Source: Candidatus Latescibacterota bacterium (lineage in GTDB: Bacteria > Latescibacterota > UBA2968 > UBA8231). From it: a stretch of 64,000 nt of DNA. Shown piece by piece: positions 19,642-29,451 of this stretch. The position numbers were made by a program, and so were the translations under genes. Location of the stretch: the NCBI GenBank assembly GCA_965200315.1, contig OZ241362.1, forward strand, positions 4,672,001 through 4,736,000, written 5' to 3'. The notes beneath the pieces are model-generated. The model had not been told where the DNA came from and made no database searches. It saw only the letters and a program-made list of their open reading frames with translations. How positions within the stretch are numbered: position 1 is the first letter of the stretch; each line of letters begins with the position of its first letter.

Positions 19642-19896
19642 CTAGCGCTTATCTGGAAAAATTTTCGCGTTCTCCACTAGGTCCATGAGCTCTTCATCAG
19701 GATCGTCAAAGTCTGGAGACATCCAAATCTTTCCCTCTAGCCCACCAAGCTGACGTTCCTCTAGGCGATCCCGATACGGTTCCAGCCGCAAATACGGCTC
19801 GCCGGCCTTGGCGATCACAACTTCTTCCCCGGCCCAAGCCAACCTGCCTAGGCGCGAAAGTTGCGATTTGGCCTCGTGCATGTTCACCTTTAGCAT
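19642..19896 (-). CDS. vapB: Phd/YefM-type antitoxin
   Basis: Motifs VNMHEAKSQLSRL, GEEVVIAKAGEP and GKIWMSPDFD; GGAGG SD. Confidence 0.9.
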   Translation of the reverse strand: MLKVNMHEAKSQLSRLGRLAWAGEEVVIAKAGEPYLRLEPYRDRLEERQLGGLEGKIWMSPDFDDPDEELMDLVENAKIFPDKR

Positions 19897-19910
19897 TATA
19901 GTTCCTCCGA

Positions 19911-19955
19911 TAGCTAAGTTAAGCTAAGTCTATTTTTGTGGCGGGGCCGTGTCAA
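19911..19955 (-). promoter_or_regulatory. vapBC sigma70 promoter with overlapping operator-like repeats
   Basis: The minus strand has TTGACA-N17-TAGACT, with a direct repeat ACTTAGCT x2 overlapping and following the -10. Confidence 0.7.
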
Positions 19956-19993
19956 GGGCGCACGGCAAGCGGCCTAGCGAGCGAACTTTGGTC

Positions 19994-22900
19994 CTACACC
20001 GCCGCCGGCTCAGCCCCGGCAAACGCCTTTTCCACCTCGTCCTGATACCCTTGGCGAATCCCGGGCGACAGAGTGCGCCAGACGAGGAATCGCTTGCGTA
20101 GCACGTTGAGGAACTTGCGATTCATCCGCTGCCAAGAGGCCACGTCGCCGCTGAGGCGCTCGATGTGGGTCTCGATCTTGTAGATGCGGTGCTCGCCGGT
20201 GGGAGTTGCCTGTAGGCGCACCTGCTGGCTGATCCCGAGGTCGTAGGGTGCCAGCCAAGTGCGCATGGCAATGGCGTAGGATGGCTCCGGCCCGTTGGTG
20301 GCGACGGATAGCTCGACGTCGCGGGCGATGAAGTCGCCGATGGAGCCTTCTCCATAGGCGGCAAAGACCGACTTGAGATACACGTACATGCTCGGCACTT
20401 CGGCCCCGCCGACCGTGAAGGGAAAGTCAAAGTGCCAGTGGTCGCCAACGGGCGGGGGGAATTGCCATTGCCGCGTCACGTCTGGGACGGCCATGTTGGC
20501 CGCCATGCGCGCTGGATACAAGGTCGATAAATAGACCGTGCCGATGACTACTACCGTAGCCCACACCGCCGAGAGCGACGAGTAGTTGAGAGTCAGGCCG
20601 GCGAGTAGCCCGTATTGCAGCATGAACAGATGGGCGATCTGGCCCAAGGCATAGCCGACCACCGCACCGAAAGTGGCAAAGACCGTGGATTCGGCCAAAA
20701 ACAGCAGACCGATGTGGCTGGGGGCCAAGCCGACGACGCTGTAGATGCCGATTTCGCGCACGCGCTCGTACACGGCTCCCATCATGGTATTGAGCACGAT
20801 CAAGGCAGCGATGATCACCGGCACCAAAAGCTGGCCGGCTCCGCTTATTTCGGTGGAGCCGATCGAGCTGTAGGCCACGACGCGGTCGCCTTGGCCGACG
20901 AACAAGGTCAGCGCCACCCGCGACATAAAGGACTCCACGCGCTGGACGAATTCCGGGTCGTCCGCGTCTGCGGCGATGGCGATGGAGCGCAGGCGGCCAT
21001 CCATGGCGCGGACGCGCTGGTAGGGTAAGAAGAGGGTGTTGATTACTTCGAGGTGGTTGAAGGTCTCGACCGCGGTGGCGGCCAAGGTGCGCGGGTCTTC
21101 GGTGCTTTCGCGGGTGATGAGGCCGGCGTCTTTGACCGTATCCACCGGTGTCAGGCGCTCGCCATCGAGATCGACGACCTCTTTTAGGGCCGCGCTGTCG
21201 AATAGGCCGATGACTTGGTACTCTTCTCCGTAGAGTGCGATGGAAGCCATGCCCACATCCTCGGCGCCAATGCCGACGAGCGCGGCTAGGCTGTCGGGCA
21301 AAATGACGGCCTGGTCGTCGCCGGTCGCAAAGAAGCGGCCAGCCGAGAGGTGCGCGTCGAGGCCCGTTACTTTGGCTTCAGCCGGCTGCAATCCCACCAA
21401 GCCGTGCGCGAAACTAGCCGCGCCGGTCGCGGTGGCGGCAAAGTCGATGTAGGCCCGTTCGGATTCGACCGGCGACAAGTACCAGGCGCGCGGCACGACC
21501 AAGCCGCGGTCGCCGAATGCGCTCTGCACGTAGTCCAAGATGGAATCCTGCATGCCGCGCCAAGCGCGGTCGCGGATGAGGCCGCCCTCGTATAGGGGCG
21601 AGGTATCGCGCGGCAGGCGATAGAAGTCGAAATTGGACTTGACCGAGGTAAAGGAATTGACGGTAAAGGTCAAAAAGGTCAGGGTCGCGGCTGTCAGCGC
21701 GGTGCGCAGGCGGCGTTTGCTCAAGTTGGAAATGCCCAACAGCACGGCCGCAAAACCTGCGGCAATGCGCCCCACGTCAGTCTCATGTACGCCCGCGGCC
21801 GCGCCCTTGCGCCGCTGCAAAAGCGCCTTGAAGCGAGTGACGACGATAAAGATGACGAGGACGCCTAAGGCGAGGATGACAAACGCGAGGAAGATGATGT
21901 ACGGCGAGCTGCTCAGCTTGAAGGCCGGATGGACGAAACGCAGTATCAGAAACACGAGGACGAAGATGCCGACAAAGCCGGCGATTTGCCGCCGCACGTC
22001 CGGGAAGCCGAAGAAAAACCGCTCGCAGAAGAAGGCAAAGGGCAACAGGAGCGCGAAGTAGAAAATCACCGCCCGGACCGCGTCGTTGGCGGTGGCCTTG
22101 ACTTGCGGGTAGATGCGGGCCTCTAGCCCGAGGGCGCGGCGCACTGCGCGTTGGTAGCCGGTGTAATCGAAGGCCGCGAGTTTGTCGCGGGCCTCAATCA
22201 GGGCCTCCCGCGCTCGATCGTGCATGGCTTGTAGCTGTTCGAGGACGATGCCGTGGCGCACCATTTGTTTGATCCGCGCCTCGTCGATGATCCAGATATC
22301 GCGGGCCGCCTGCAATGCCGGATAGGGGATGAGTCCCTGTTCAACGGGGAAGCCCTCGCCCTGTGCCCGCTCAATGGTCGCCAGATCGACGCGGGCTGGA
22401 TCGAGGTCGGCGAACAGGGTGGAGTCTGCGTTGGTGAGCATGTAGCGCACGCCGGCGAGTGCGCTCTCGCCGCCAAAGGCTCCTTCGCCGGCGAGGATTT
22501 TGACGCGGGTACCCGGCTCGGCAAACACCACGCCGGCCTGCACCACCCGGTCCTGCACTGCGCTCTGGTTTTCGATGTAGCTGAGGGAAAAAGAGCGCGG
22601 CGGCGCGTCGTTGGTGCCGAGGACGTTGACGCGGTCCATGGCCGACAGATAGCGCGGATCGACCACCTCCAAGAAGCTCAGGGCGCGGCAGCGAAACAGG
22701 ACCTGCAACATGCGGTTTTCCCACCAGCCATAGGGCTGGGTGCCCGGATAGGTTTTGTCGCCCTCTTCGCCGAGGTCGGGCGCGGAGACGATGCGCCCGT
22801 ATTCGTCGAGTTCAAAGGCTTGGATCCGGTTGGCAAAGCGGTTGCGCACGATGTCGAACTTGAAGTAGCCGCTCTCGTCTCCGTGCGTGGCCATCAGCGT

Positions 22901-24589
22901 GCGGACGCCGGCCACCGAGTTGGGGCCGGGCTGGAGATAGGTGACGAGGGCGTTGGGCACCGGGGCTTTGGGCACGGCAAAATTCACGTCGCGGTCAAAC
23001 CAATAGATGCTGCCCTCTAGGCTGTGCCCCCAATCGCGCAGGGTCAGCTTGGTGTCGTTGAAGAAATCTGGGTCGGAAGCGGCCTTGAGCATTAGCCCAG
23101 CTATGGTGCGGGTCTGTTCGGCGAGGTTGTCGAGCGCGACGAATTCGAGCCGGTCTAGGGGCGTATCGACGCGCTGGCGCAGTTGGTTGGGCGTGACAAA
23201 AGAAAGCGCCTCTTTGCCCACGAAAGCCGCGGCCTCGCTGTCGAGGCCCAGCCGCACGGGCATGAAGTTTTTCCACACCCGCTTCTGAGGGGCGATGGCG
23301 TCTTGGTAGCGAGCCGAGTCGGCGAAAATCTCGCGGCTATAGCGGGCAAAGCGCATCGCGTAGTGAGCCATCAAATTCTTCTGATAGTCGTCGTTGCGCC
23401 AAGCCGAGTTGTAGAACGTGCCCATGGTGAAACTGCCGACTTGGGGGCTGTGGCTGGCCAAGTCGAGGCCGACGAAGAGGCGGAAATCGATGCGTTCAGC
23501 CGGCGGAATCTGGTCGCGGAAATGCTCGCTTTTGCGTGCGTGGCGGTAGAGGAAATCGTTGACGCCGGCCAAGCCCTGAAAGTGCCCGGGGGTAGCCAAA
23601 AAGAGCACTGTGTAGCGGGTGCCTTCGGCGACGAGCAAACGCGCGATTTCGAGCAGCGCGGCCATGCCGGTCGCGCTCTCGGCCCCTGGAGCCAGCGCCG
23701 GGACGACCGAGATCGCGTCGTAGTGCGCTTGCAGGACGATGATTTGCTCGTCCCACTGCTGGATTTCGTGGCGCTGACCGCGCGGCATGTCCTCGGCCAA
23801 GCCGCGCAGGACGGCGAATATATTGCGCGCTTGGACCTGCTCCCAGTCCATGCGCGCTTCGAGATGCACTTGGGAGTCGCCGCTGCGCGCTTGCTGCCGC
23901 AGGATTTCCGCGCCCGCCGCTTCGACCCAAAAGCGCGGGATATCCACGGGCACTTGGAGGAATTTTTCCGCGGCCTCGCTGCGCGTGACGCGGCCATCGT
24001 CGTACAGCAAGACCGCTTGTGCGCCCAAGGCCCGCGCTTGGACATAGGAGTTGCCCGAGCCAAACCCCATCAGCGCAACGCTGCCGGCTAGCCGTTTCCC
24101 ATCCATCTCGGCTAAGCTGCCGCGCCCCAAGTCGATGAGGTGGCCGGAGATGCCGCCCGGCGGCAGGGACGGCGAGCGCACGTGGTTGGGCCACAATCCG
24201 TAGATGGGGATGGTTTCGTCCGCGCCGATCAAGCGCAGCCGACCGCCGCGATCTAGGGGGACGGAAAGAGGGAAAGATTCGCTGGTGACTTGCAGGCCGA
24301 GGCGGCGGAATTCCCCTTCGATATAGCGAGCCGCGTTAGTGGCCCCGGCATAGCCGGTAACGCGGGACGAGTCCGCGGTGAGGATGCGGAGGTGGTGCTC
24401 TAAGTCGGCGGCGTTTATTTGCGCGACCGCTTCGCGCAGCGAGGGCGCTTCGTCGGTCGCTGGGGCTTCGCGCAGGGGTTCCCAGCCAATGGCCCGTTCA
24501 ATCCAGCGGGAAATGGTGGCTGGATCAAAGACCGTAACCGATAGGAGGAAGAAGGCCGCGGTGGCGAATAGGAGGGATTTGGTCAGCAT
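19994..24589 (-). CDS. Large fusion: PA + degenerate M28 peptidase domain + FtsX/MacB-like permease domains
   Basis: 1531 aa with an N-terminal anchor, SRVTGYAG and AHYDAIS...APGAESA. A TM block and a periplasmic domain follow, then the FtsX motif NTMMGAVYERVREIGIYSVVGLAP. Confidence 0.8.
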   Translation of the reverse strand: MLTKSLLFATAAFFLLSVTVFDPATISRWIERAIGWEPLREAPATDEAPSLREAVAQINAADLEHHLRILTADSSRVTGYAGATNAARYIEGEFRRLGLQVTSESFPLSVPLDRGGRLRLIGADETIPIYGLWPNHVRSPSLPPGGISGHLIDLGRGSLAEMDGKRLAGSVALMGFGSGNSYVQARALGAQAVLLYDDGRVTRSEAAEKFLQVPVDIPRFWVEAAGAEILRQQARSGDSQVHLEARMDWEQVQARNIFAVLRGLAEDMPRGQRHEIQQWDEQIIVLQAHYDAISVVPALAPGAESATGMAALLEIARLLVAEGTRYTVLFLATPGHFQGLAGVNDFLYRHARKSEHFRDQIPPAERIDFRLFVGLDLASHSPQVGSFTMGTFYNSAWRNDDYQKNLMAHYAMRFARYSREIFADSARYQDAIAPQKRVWKNFMPVRLGLDSEAAAFVGKEALSFVTPNQLRQRVDTPLDRLEFVALDNLAEQTRTIAGLMLKAASDPDFFNDTKLTLRDWGHSLEGSIYWFDRDVNFAVPKAPVPNALVTYLQPGPNSVAGVRTLMATHGDESGYFKFDIVRNRFANRIQAFELDEYGRIVSAPDLGEEGDKTYPGTQPYGWWENRMLQVLFRCRALSFLEVVDPRYLSAMDRVNVLGTNDAPPRSFSLSYIENQSAVQDRVVQAGVVFAEPGTRVKILAGEGAFGGESALAGVRYMLTNADSTLFADLDPARVDLATIERAQGEGFPVEQGLIPYPALQAARDIWIIDEARIKQMVRHGIVLEQLQAMHDRAREALIEARDKLAAFDYTGYQRAVRRALGLEARIYPQVKATANDAVRAVIFYFALLLPFAFFCERFFFGFPDVRRQIAGFVGIFVLVFLILRFVHPAFKLSSSPYIIFLAFVILALGVLVIFIVVTRFKALLQRRKGAAAGVHETDVGRIAAGFAAVLLGISNLSKRRLRTALTAATLTFLTFTVNSFTSVKSNFDFYRLPRDTSPLYEGGLIRDRAWRGMQDSILDYVQSAFGDRGLVVPRAWYLSPVESERAYIDFAATATGAASFAHGLVGLQPAEAKVTGLDAHLSAGRFFATGDDQAVILPDSLAALVGIGAEDVGMASIALYGEEYQVIGLFDSAALKEVVDLDGERLTPVDTVKDAGLITRESTEDPRTLAATAVETFNHLEVINTLFLPYQRVRAMDGRLRSIAIAADADDPEFVQRVESFMSRVALTLFVGQGDRVVAYSSIGSTEISGAGQLLVPVIIAALIVLNTMMGAVYERVREIGIYSVVGLAPSHIGLLFLAESTVFATFGAVVGYALGQIAHLFMLQYGLLAGLTLNYSSLSAVWATVVVIGTVYLSTLYPARMAANMAVPDVTRQWQFPPPVGDHWHFDFPFTVGGAEVPSMYVYLKSVFAAYGEGSIGDFIARDVELSVATNGPEPSYAIAMRTWLAPYDLGISQQVRLQATPTGEHRIYKIETHIERLSGDVASWQRMNRKFLNVLRKRFLVWRTLSPGIRQGYQDEVEKAFAGAEPAAV

Positions 24590-24607
24590 TAAACGGGTGC
24601 CGGACAG

Positions 24608-24635
24608 AAAAAGCGGCAGGCCGCGGCCTGCCGCT
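24608..24635 (-). terminator. Intrinsic terminator-like hairpin after the lipoprotein gene
   Basis: Perfect 24-bp palindrome AGCGGCAGGCCGCGGCCTGCCGCT followed by a T-run on the minus strand. Confidence 0.7.
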
Positions 24636-24660
24636 AGGCTATGCAGCTTGGCCGACTCGG

Positions 24661-25425
24661 CTAGTTGGCCGCCAACTTGTCGATGTTTTTGAGCTTCTTA
24701 ATGTCGCGCTTGAAGCGGAAGCGGAGGTCAATAGTCTCCAGCGGTTCGTTGCGGAAGTTGTAGCGCAGCCCAAATTCGGGAATCTCGACGGCGATTTCGG
24801 CGACGTCGTCGTGAATCTTGGGGAAGACCACGTAGCCTTCGACCTCTTGCCCTGAGAAGCAAAACTCGTCGTCTGGGTACTTGGCTTGGTTGTAGAGGTC
24901 GCGGCGCTCGTCGAAGCGCATATAGCCCAAACCGTTGAAGGCTAGGGGGAAACGCCGGAAGTACTCCTCTACATCGTAACTGCCCCAAGGATAATAGTGC
25001 CGCCCATTGGCCGACTCCACGTTCACCATCAGCGGATCGAACTTAACTTTGGGATATTCGTAGTTTTTGACCGTGATCTTGAAGATGGACAAGCGCTGTG
25101 GTGCTTGGCCCGTGCGCGGATCGATCCAATTGCCATAGGTGAATGGGTTGGACGGTAGCTCGTCAGTCGGGCCGCTGGCATTGGTAGATTGGGCCGGGTA
25201 CTGGCGATTGATCTCCTCGTCGTTCATGGGCCGCACGGACACTTCGAGGCGGTTCTGCACGAAGGTGACCGTGCCGTCGTCGAGGATTTTCATGCTCGAT
25301 CCTTGAACATCGGTCTGCTGCTGGGTCACCTCAAAGGGCTGAAACTGCCCGGGAACGAGGTAGTGGCCACAGCCCAACAAAAGGGCCGCAGCGACGAGGA
25401 TGGAAATTTTTTTGCAAGCGTACAT
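24661..25425 (-). CDS. Hypothetical lipoprotein
   Basis: ATG 25425 with GAGGAG SD; MYACKKISILVAAALLLGC lipobox. Confidence 0.75.
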   Translation of the reverse strand: MYACKKISILVAAALLLGCGHYLVPGQFQPFEVTQQQTDVQGSSMKILDDGTVTFVQNRLEVSVRPMNDEEINRQYPAQSTNASGPTDELPSNPFTYGNWIDPRTGQAPQRLSIFKITVKNYEYPKVKFDPLMVNVESANGRHYYPWGSYDVEEYFRRFPLAFNGLGYMRFDERRDLYNQAKYPDDEFCFSGQEVEGYVVFPKIHDDVAEIAVEIPEFGLRYNFRNEPLETIDLRFRFKRDIKKLKNIDKLAAN

Positions 25426-25447
25426 GGAACACTCCTCTCTGACAAGC

Positions 25448-26755
25448 TCATAGCTCGACTGGATTGGCAGCCTGTCTGCGTCGGGAGACAAATTCCCCCA
25501 ATTGCCCTTCCTCCACCACCACGACCGCGGCGTATTTTTCGCGCAATTGCTCAATGTAGCGGTCGAACAGGGGCGCGGCTTGGGCATCGCGCAGATCGCG
25601 TGCGACTTGCGCTTGTAGTTCCCGCCCGAGCGCGCCTGAGCGGGCGTAGCGTTGCGCGTTGGCCTCGTAAAAGGTGCGCACCTCGGCAGGGTCAAGCTGA
25701 ATATGTGCGAAAATTTCTCGCTCCCACAAGGCTTGGATTAGCTTCTGTTGGCGCACTTTTGCGCGGCGCGATTCCAACTCGGCGTCCAGACCGTGCTTGT
25801 GCGCCTCCTGCGGTAGAATCTGGTCGGCGACAAAGGCCCGCGTCACCTTGAATCCGAGGGTGCTGACATCGGTCGGCTGCGACCCGGCGGCTGCCCCAAG
25901 CCGGGCGAGGGCCTGCTGGTAGTCCCCGACGCTCCAGGCGCCCGCAGCACTGCGAACCAACCGCACCTCCGGCCGCGCCGCGCCCGCGGCGACCTGCCGC
26001 AACGCGGCCGTATCTAACTGCACGGTGTGCTGGCTGGTCAACCGCTCTAGATAGGCTAGGTTCGCCTGTTGCTTCTTGTGCCGAGTTAGGGCCGCTTCCA
26101 CGAGCGGGCGGCGGTCTGCCAACGAGACGGTGCGCTCGGCTGCAATGGCTACCACTAAAAATTGACCGTCAGTTTCTACCAATTCAACGGTCCCCACTTC
26201 CTGCAGGAACAGGGCGGCTGTGCGCACGTCGCCCGCGTTGAGCGCGTTGAGCCACCCGCTCTCGCTCCACTCCCCGTCCAAATCCAATCCCTCTTGAGCC
26301 TTTCTAAGTGCCGCCAAGGCTGCGGCCCGCTCGCGCACAGGCAAACGCCGCAAGCGAATTTCGCGGCCCCCGCCCGATTCGGCGAAGAATTCCGCTAGCT
26401 CCGTTTCCGTATAAGTCAACTGCTCGCCCATCTCGCGTGTGAGCAAAGCCTCGACCCGTTCTTTGCGCTCCCAAGCCGCCATCTCATCCGCGACCGCTTC
26501 GTCTAGCCCTTGGGCCTGCGCTTCGAGCAGCAGCAGCTCTTTGTCGATGAGGGCCTGCAATTGGCGACGCCAATCCGCAAGCGGCTGGGCTTGGCTGCCG
26601 GCGGGTAGCTTTTCTAGCGCAGCCGCAAAATCCCGCTCGCTAATCGCGGCCTCGCCCACTCGGGCTAAGATCGCCGACGCGCTTTCGGGCGGCGCGTCGG
26701 CGCAGGCCATAAAGCCCAAGGCTAAGATGACCGTCTGCGGCTTTAGAAGCTCCAT
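25448..26755 (-). CDS. SurA/PrsA-like foldase lipoprotein (degenerate PpiC)
   Basis: FMAC lipobox; ILARVGEAAISERDF...LQALIDKELLLLEAQAQGLD; EVRTFYEAN; YIEQLREKY. Confidence 0.7.
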   Translation of the reverse strand: MELLKPQTVILALGFMACADAPPESASAILARVGEAAISERDFAAALEKLPAGSQAQPLADWRRQLQALIDKELLLLEAQAQGLDEAVADEMAAWERKERVEALLTREMGEQLTYTETELAEFFAESGGGREIRLRRLPVRERAAALAALRKAQEGLDLDGEWSESGWLNALNAGDVRTAALFLQEVGTVELVETDGQFLVVAIAAERTVSLADRRPLVEAALTRHKKQQANLAYLERLTSQHTVQLDTAALRQVAAGAARPEVRLVRSAAGAWSVGDYQQALARLGAAAGSQPTDVSTLGFKVTRAFVADQILPQEAHKHGLDAELESRRAKVRQQKLIQALWEREIFAHIQLDPAEVRTFYEANAQRYARSGALGRELQAQVARDLRDAQAAPLFDRYIEQLREKYAAVVVVEEGQLGEFVSRRRQAANPVEL

Positions 26756-29361
26756 CCCCTTCTTTCGGCTGGCCGACCGCCCAAGCGCTCTTCTTCTAGC
26801 CCTGCATAGAGCTCGATGAAGGCAATGGTGTTGCTCACGTCTTGGTCGGTGAGGGTGGCAAAGTTGATGTCGTTGACCTGAAAGCCAACGTTGGATGTGA
26901 CGCTGTAGCCTTGGTACTGGACCCGATTGGTGTACTGCACGGTGAACACCTTGCCGATGAAGTCGTCGATGTACTCGGGCGGCAATGGGTCGGGGATCGC
27001 CTCGGCATTGCGGAAAATTATGGCCTCCACTCCGACCTCGACGCGGCTTCTCGTCAGCACTGGGAACACGGCCGACAAGGAGAAAATTTCGCTCAACTCG
27101 TTGATCTCAAGCTGGACGGTGCGCGGTTGGGTGCGCTTGCGCCACATGTTTTTCCAGCGCGGGATCAAGGTGATGTTGCGCCCAATGGAAAACGGATAGT
27201 CCGCTTTGTTGATCACTCCGTAGAACGCGCTATCGCGGAGGCGGTCGGCTGTTTCGTCGCGCTGCTTGAAGTGATCGAGGCGGAACTTGTTGACAAAGGT
27301 CAGGTTGCCGCGGGTGTACTTGTAGCCGACGAAGCTCTGATTGACGATGGTGTTGCCGGTGATTAGGGGGTCGTCAAAAGGTTGCAAGCCGCCAATGGAG
27401 CCAGGGCGCTGCACCCATTGCAGCAGGTTGTCGGCGATGTTGTCCTCAACGGACTTGAGCATGTGGAAGATTTCAAACTTGCCCATCCCAGAGATGTCGC
27501 GCACCGCGCTGAGCAATGCGTATATGGCTGTTGACCGCTCTTGGCCGGCGATCAGCCACTCGCGATTGCGGCCTACGGTGAGATTAACCCCGGGGTAAAT
27601 CTCGGCCCCCCCGTATGCGTTCCAGCCGCGATGCCCCTTGCGGTAGGGATAGTCGGCCTCGTCGTCGTTTTCAAAGCGATCCACTACGGTATTGTGGTTC
27701 ATATCGACGCCGAAGAGGAAGTCAGGTGGGTCGATATAGTGGCGCAAGAATGGCTCTTCGTAGTCCGGGGTGAGGTTGGAGTTTTCGTTGAAGTCCGAGA
27801 GCAGGTCGTTGTTTTCGTCGAGGCCGGGGAAGACGGCGTTGTCGCCGCCGCCCGGATCGCCAAAGCGCGGCCAATCCACGAGTTGGTCTTGATCGTCGTT
27901 ATCGTCGATGTACTCGAACCAGTTCTGGCGCTGGTTTTCGTAATCCACGACATCGTTTTGGTCGGTGATGTACCCGCGCGTGGTGTACCCGTAATCCATG
28001 CTGAACACCTCGCCGTAGCCAAAGTAGCGGCCGGTGCGGCGCGTGGCGTTGACGAACCAAGCATCGGCCGTGCGGCTGCTCTTTTTGAGGTTGCTCAGTT
28101 TCTGGATGTTGATGTTGGGATAGCGCTGAAACTGGGTGTTGCGTGCGAATTCGCCGCGCACCTCCAAGCCCCATATATCCTCAATGGTCAAATCGACGCT
28201 GGCGATTTGGTTGGCCGAGGGCAGGCCGTAGTCAAAGCGGACGACGCGCTGGTTGGTGTTGTCGCGCACATTGCCTTCTGAGCGAGTGACCGGCAAGAAG
28301 ATGGGCTGGCCGTTGATATTAGTCTGCAAGTTGGAGGTTATCTCCACTCGGTAGTCGTTGGAGAGCACCATGGCGTAGCTGACCTTTTGTACCACCAACG
28401 GATCGGGCACTCGGTAGCGGAGGAGGATCGGTGCCTCTTCGAGGGCTTCGAGAAAGCCCTCGCGCTGGCGGCCCCCCTCAATAGTAGGATTGACCGAGGT
28501 CTCTTGGCCATCGACGATCATCTGCGCCGAAAAGAACAAAGCGCCGGAGCCGTCGCCGGGCGAGTCGTCAGAGATGCGGATGACGATTTCGGTGACGTTG
28601 CCTGAATTCTGGCTGCTGGTCAGCAAGCCAGCGCGCGAATTTTCCGAGAAATTGCTGCTCGCCGAGCCGAAATTAGTATTGACATACGTGACTCCTAAGC
28701 CCATGAAGTCGCCGACTTGGGCAGTGCCGCGCAGGCCGATGAAGTTGGTGAAGTCCGTGTCTTGCACTCGGTTCCCCCCCTGTGCCAACCGCACCGGCTC
28801 ATTGACGCGCGACAGCAGCACGGTGGCCTCGTATTTGTCGGACGCAAAGTCCCATTGGACGCCGTTGAAGCGCGAGCGACTGAAGGTCAGCGGGGTCAGG
28901 GTCGTGCGGATGTAATCGCCGACGGTCAGAGCAGAGTAGTACTGGCCCTTGGAGTCGGCGGCCACCAGTAGGTTTTGGAACCAAGAGCCAAAGCGGCTAT
29001 CTTTGAAGACCGAGCTGCCAAAGGCCAGTGGCTGCTGTTGACGCCACTCGTAAATGCGCCAGCCCCGGGTGATCCAGTTGCCGAAGATGTCGTACTGGCC
29101 CGTGCCTTCTAACTGCGTGTTGACATAGCGCTGAAACGGTTCCTTGGCGTAGTTGGTGTACTTGTAGCCTCCCCAGTGGTAGATGTAGTAGAGGTCTTGG
29201 GGCACGTACCACTTGCGCAGGGTCGGGACCAATGGGTCGAAGCCATCGATCCTAACTTGCGAGGTGGCACCGCGCTCGCGCCCCGGGGTTGCCGCTCGGA
29301 CGCTGGACGCTGCAACAACTAGGACCAGCAGGGCAACCCCCCAGAACATAACTTTGTGCAT
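26743..29361 (-). CDS. Secreted 872-aa protein, putative outer-membrane beta-barrel with an Asp-rich insert
   Basis: Signal peptide; alternating aromatic/hydrophobic strands (FIGLRGTAQVG, LGVTYVN, VRGEFARN, WNAYGGAEIY); a DxNxD-rich loop; terminal Phe. The fold is inferred. Confidence 0.55.
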   Translation of the reverse strand: MHKVMFWGVALLVLVVAASSVRAATPGRERGATSQVRIDGFDPLVPTLRKWYVPQDLYYIYHWGGYKYTNYAKEPFQRYVNTQLEGTGQYDIFGNWITRGWRIYEWRQQQPLAFGSSVFKDSRFGSWFQNLLVAADSKGQYYSALTVGDYIRTTLTPLTFSRSRFNGVQWDFASDKYEATVLLSRVNEPVRLAQGGNRVQDTDFTNFIGLRGTAQVGDFMGLGVTYVNTNFGSASSNFSENSRAGLLTSSQNSGNVTEIVIRISDDSPGDGSGALFFSAQMIVDGQETSVNPTIEGGRQREGFLEALEEAPILLRYRVPDPLVVQKVSYAMVLSNDYRVEITSNLQTNINGQPIFLPVTRSEGNVRDNTNQRVVRFDYGLPSANQIASVDLTIEDIWGLEVRGEFARNTQFQRYPNINIQKLSNLKKSSRTADAWFVNATRRTGRYFGYGEVFSMDYGYTTRGYITDQNDVVDYENQRQNWFEYIDDNDDQDQLVDWPRFGDPGGGDNAVFPGLDENNDLLSDFNENSNLTPDYEEPFLRHYIDPPDFLFGVDMNHNTVVDRFENDDEADYPYRKGHRGWNAYGGAEIYPGVNLTVGRNREWLIAGQERSTAIYALLSAVRDISGMGKFEIFHMLKSVEDNIADNLLQWVQRPGSIGGLQPFDDPLITGNTIVNQSFVGYKYTRGNLTFVNKFRLDHFKQRDETADRLRDSAFYGVINKADYPFSIGRNITLIPRWKNMWRKRTQPRTVQLEINELSEIFSLSAVFPVLTRSRVEVGVEAIIFRNAEAIPDPLPPEYIDDFIGKVFTVQYTNRVQYQGYSVTSNVGFQVNDINFATLTDQDVSNTIAFIELYAGLEEERLGGRPAERRGWSF

Positions 29362-29451
29362 AACAACCCTCCCTTAGGCGTTCACTTGTGCTTGGCGCGG
29401 CTAGCCGCGCAGTGAAAAGATCGGCGGCCGAGATGGCCCGGCCCATGTAGG

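Noticed and set aside
29395-29410. Perfect 16-bp palindrome GCGCGGCTAGCCGCGC between the FlgD and barrel-like genes
   Set aside because: Single occurrence with no U-tract. It may be an mRNA-stabilising hairpin, but there is no further support.
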